Below, in pieces: positions 60,581-64,000 of a DNA stretch of 64,000 bases. The notes beneath the pieces were generated by a model that did no database searches, was not told the DNA's origin, and saw nothing but the letters and a program-made list of their open reading frames with translations. Origin of the DNA: Gekko japonicus (Eukaryota); the NCBI RefSeq assembly GCF_001447785.1, contig NW_015165238.1, forward strand, positions 66,539 to 130,538. The letters are read 5' to 3'. Made by a program: the position numbers and the translations under genes. Every line of letters starts with the position of its first letter. Within the stretch, counting starts at the first letter, position 1.

Positions 60581-62020
60581 GATAGAAAGTGGGTGTTATT
60601 GCCTAGGGACATAAGTGGATCCATCTTACGCAGAGCAGAGTTGGGGTCGTTTCCATCCACTGATCTCAATATGACTATGTGCAAGTAAGTTTGTAAATGG
60701 CTGGGTTTTTTGTAAGCTTATGTACTGTTCTGGGGAGTAAATGTCATTGAATAGTAAGGATTGTGTTATAAGTAAACATGCATAACATCTGGCTGCAGCC
60801 TTTTAAAGAATGGCAGCACTACCTGTGATCCAGAATCTGCTTTTTCCCAGACAGAGGACAATGATATACATGTTTCTAAAAATCCATTTCAGTGTTTGAT
60901 TTGAAAGTAAATGTTCTGAATTTACTTATATTTCATTACCAGTTTCTTATCTTAATAGCAAACTTTATTAAAATATGAAACCACTGCAATTCAACTTCCA
61001 TTAGGAAAATATCAGTGCTGCTGAAATGTTAACAATAAAAAACAAATGATATTAAATGATTTTGTTAATTTGAATATTTGTCTCTCTTGCATACATTACC
61101 AGGTCTCTTGCCTTCGGTAATATTTACCTTTTGAATGGACTAAGATGAGAGTTTCTCCTCAGATTTTGCTACAGATGTTCCTACAATTGAAGAGGCAAGA
61201 CGCTTAACTAAGCCATACTTTGCCTTTTGGTCTATGGCTGTCATATCTGTGCCTCGTTCCTGTTGCAGTTCCTTCAACAGTGACATGATAATCAAAAATT
61301 ATTAGGCAGCCCTCGTAAGTACACGGAGAAAAAGTGTTCATTTACTAATCTCTGCAAATCAAGCTGCTGTTAAAGATACAAAGCAGTGATGAAATGATTC
61401 AGCATTATATAAAATTTGGGGAGACATTTTTCAATGCAATTCTGAGCAGAGTTTTACCTTTCTGTGTTTATTGATGTCACATCAATATTGGCACAATTGG
61501 CACAATATTGGCACATCAATATATGCACAATGGCATGACTCTGCTTAGGACTGCACTGCTGTGCTCCGTTAAAAACATGTAGGTGGCATTTTTTTAATAA
61601 AAGAAAGATTTTTCAAATAAAATAAAACACAGAAATAATTTACAGTATATCATGATAAACCCATAGCAACTCAGCATACATGTTTATAAGTAATTTATTA
61701 ATCCAATGGCTAATGATCCAGAGTAGACCAATTAACCTGCAGGTCAACCACATATACCTCAAATAGGTCTCACCTTCATCTTTATGCTGGTAGCAACAAA
61801 CCTTGCTTTTCAAAGAGAGATAAATGTATCCCCATTTCCCATAGTTATCCTGATCAGACAGTGCAGTCTGTACTTAGCTCATAATTCTTCCTTTTCTGCA
61901 AACACCGCCGTGTATGGGAGAACACAGGACCTAGGAATCATATTGCTGGCAATGATTGCACCCACAGACTGAACACTTAATAATATATCAAAACATATTG
62001 CCCCACCCCCAATGAGTTAT

Positions 62021-62300
62021 ACCTGTGCGGATTATCTTTCTTTTTTTCCAGATATGTTAAATTAGTATGTAAAATAAAAGTCACCAAGAGAGACAATACC
62101 AGCCACAACAAAAGTAGACAACTAAACTTATCCAGGGAATATGAGAACACTCATCAATCATTTTGATCTATTATAAAAGGTTCATCATATGATTAGGGGG
62201 AGAAAATCTTTTCAGGTGATTTAAGCCCTGGGATATGCAATACCAAAAGAGAGTTTGTTTGGTTTTGAAAACATGAAGAATTGATTATGTCTCTGGAGAA
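62021..62300 (-). promoter_or_regulatory. Candidate promoter + non-coding exon 1 for OR 57846-58787
   Basis: TAATCA on - at 62190-62195 followed by ggggagaaa...gatttaagccctgggata...gagagtttgtttggttttgaaaacatgaa...tctctggag, homologous to the other modules; donor CAG|GTATAA at 62021-62023. Confidence 0.55.
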
Positions 62301-62637
62301 ATAGTAATTGTTAAAATCCTAAGCACTATCACAACAATTCTACGGTACTTTTGTGAAGCAGCTCAAATAAACCACTTAAAAAGCACATCCATTTGTCTCA
62401 GGATGAAATCTGGGAATGGGGGAATTGGTTTCAAGCCACAGAGTCTTGAATTAGAGAGCAGAAAAGATCAATAGAATTGACTAGATTTTTCTCCATCCAC
62501 TTCTTCATCCCTAAGGGCCATAAACACTAGAACTTCATGATTTGGGGCACTGAGAAGATCATGAAAAAATTATGCTAAAAGCCATAACATCAAAGAAAGC
62601 ATTTAATTTTGTTTTGCAGTGTCAGGAAGGTCATGAT

Positions 62638-62843
62638 CAATGTTCCCTCTAAGCTATGGAGTCCTTTGACCAAAAAATCTACTTCGTGAGTGACTGGTAT
62701 TAAAGTTGTGAGCAGGTGATTTAGCTGCTGCATACCTTAGTTCACTCTGGAGCCCTCCTTCCTGAGCTAAGGCAAAAATGTGTGAGCCGGAGGCTAAAAA
62801 ACTGTGAGCTGGCTCACACTAACTCCACTTAGAGGGAACACTG
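62638..62843. mobile_element. hAT-type MITE (same family as 1982-2182, opposite orientation)
   Basis: TIR caatgttccctctaag / cttagagggaacactg; TSD gtcatgat / gtcataat. Confidence 0.85.
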
Positions 62844-62870
62844 GTCATAATTATCATTTTCATTAAATTT

Positions 62871-63860
62871 CAGGCTACCCCTGTCTTGTCAGATCTCAGA
62901 AGCTAAGCAGGGTCAGCACTGATTGGTACTTCTATGGAAGACCACAAAGGAAGTCCAGGGTTGGTACACAGAGGCAATAGCAAACCACTTCTGTTTTAAG
63001 GTTACCAATCCCTAGTTGTGGATGGGAGATCCCCCAGTTTGGAGCCCCTCTCTCCATTTCAGGGGGAAATGGTCGCTGAGCACTCTATTATACCCAATGA
63101 AGACCAGTCCCCATAGGGTATAATGGAGAATCAATATGTGGTTATCTGGGGCTATGGGCAGTTGTTTATTTAGGTAGAGGCAACAAAATTTCAGCATAGC
63201 TGGTGGTGCCTGTCCTCAAAGAAAAACCCGTTTCAAAAAGATTAGACCAGGGAGTCCAATTCTATGAGCCCCGAAATAAGGTGCCCCCATCCTCCATTAT
63301 TTCCAATGGAAGGAAGGAATAACACAATCCCTTTAAATGTGATGGCCAGCTCACCTGAAACTAGCTTTGGAGTTCAATTGCACTTCTTCCCTCCCCTCTC
63401 CCAGAGCCTGCTAATAAGTCACATGGAATTCACTGCCATAGGAAGTGGTGGCGGCTACAAGCATGGATGGCTTCAAAAGGGAATTAGATAAGCATATGGA
63501 GCAGAGGTCCATCAGTGGCTATTAGCCACAAGGTATAGATAGGGGCTCTGGGGCAAGTGATGCTCTGTCTTCTTGGTGCTTGGGGGTGGGTCAACAGTGG
63601 GAGGGCTTCTAATGCCTTGGCCCCACTGGTGGACCTCCTGATGGCACTGGTATTTCTGGCCACTGTGTGACACAGAGTGTTGGACTGGATGGGCCTTTGG
63701 CCTGATCCAACATTGGTGTCTCTTATGTTCTTATGTTATGTTCTTAAGTCCTTTACCAGCTTGTCAGCCTCACCAGGCAACCATACTCTGTTTGTGTCTT
63801 GTCTTGAAAACTGTACAGGTAAACCATAAGTTGGCCATGACTTAATGGCACTTTCCACCC
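62871..63860 (+). mobile_element. 5S-derived SINE split by a hAT element (62997-63785), which itself contains a CR1 3' end (63430-63747)
   Basis: agatctcagaagctaagcagggtc head; hAT ends taaggttacca / ggcaaccata with TSD ttctgttt / ctctgttt; SINE resumes at gtgtcttgtcttgaaaac..ggcactttccacc. Confidence 0.8.
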
Positions 63861-64000
63861 CCAGATACTGTTTCAGAAATTCATTTTGGAAATACTGTTA
63901 ATACTATTTTGATTTCAGGAATATCAGTAATCAGTAGGGGATAGACCTGGCTTCCAAACATGAATCAATGGGACAATGTGTCTACTGCCTATTGGAATCA

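Overview
Vertebrate (not microbial) DNA. The repeat content (Sauria SINEs, Squam3-like SINEs, CR1, BovB, hAT and Harbinger MITEs) points to a squamate reptile, most likely a gecko (inference). The window is part of a class II olfactory receptor (OR) cluster. On the + strand are one intact OR6B1-like gene and one OR6-type gene broken by a single 1-bp insertion. On the - strand are five intact OR12D-like paralogues plus an OR12D-like fragment. A decayed vomeronasal type-2 receptor (V2R) 7TM exon lies between the two OR groups. The most notable structure, all read by eye: (i) a conserved non-coding module (homeodomain TAATGA + O/E-like sites + GT donor) upstream of each OR12D-like gene; (ii) a ~8-10 kb tandem duplication that appears to have made a chimeric OR, with the promoter of one paralogue and the coding exon of another; (iii) a gene-conversion-like mosaic over TM4-TM5; (iv) minimal hammerhead-ribozyme motifs in Penelope-type palindromes, one at the duplication junction; (v) a 5S rRNA-derived SINE family; (vi) many nested transposon insertions with readable target-site duplications (TSDs). 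There are two assembly gaps. I found no evidence for a wholly new gene system; novelty lies in regulatory and evolutionary architecture. Repeat boundaries and family names are approximate.
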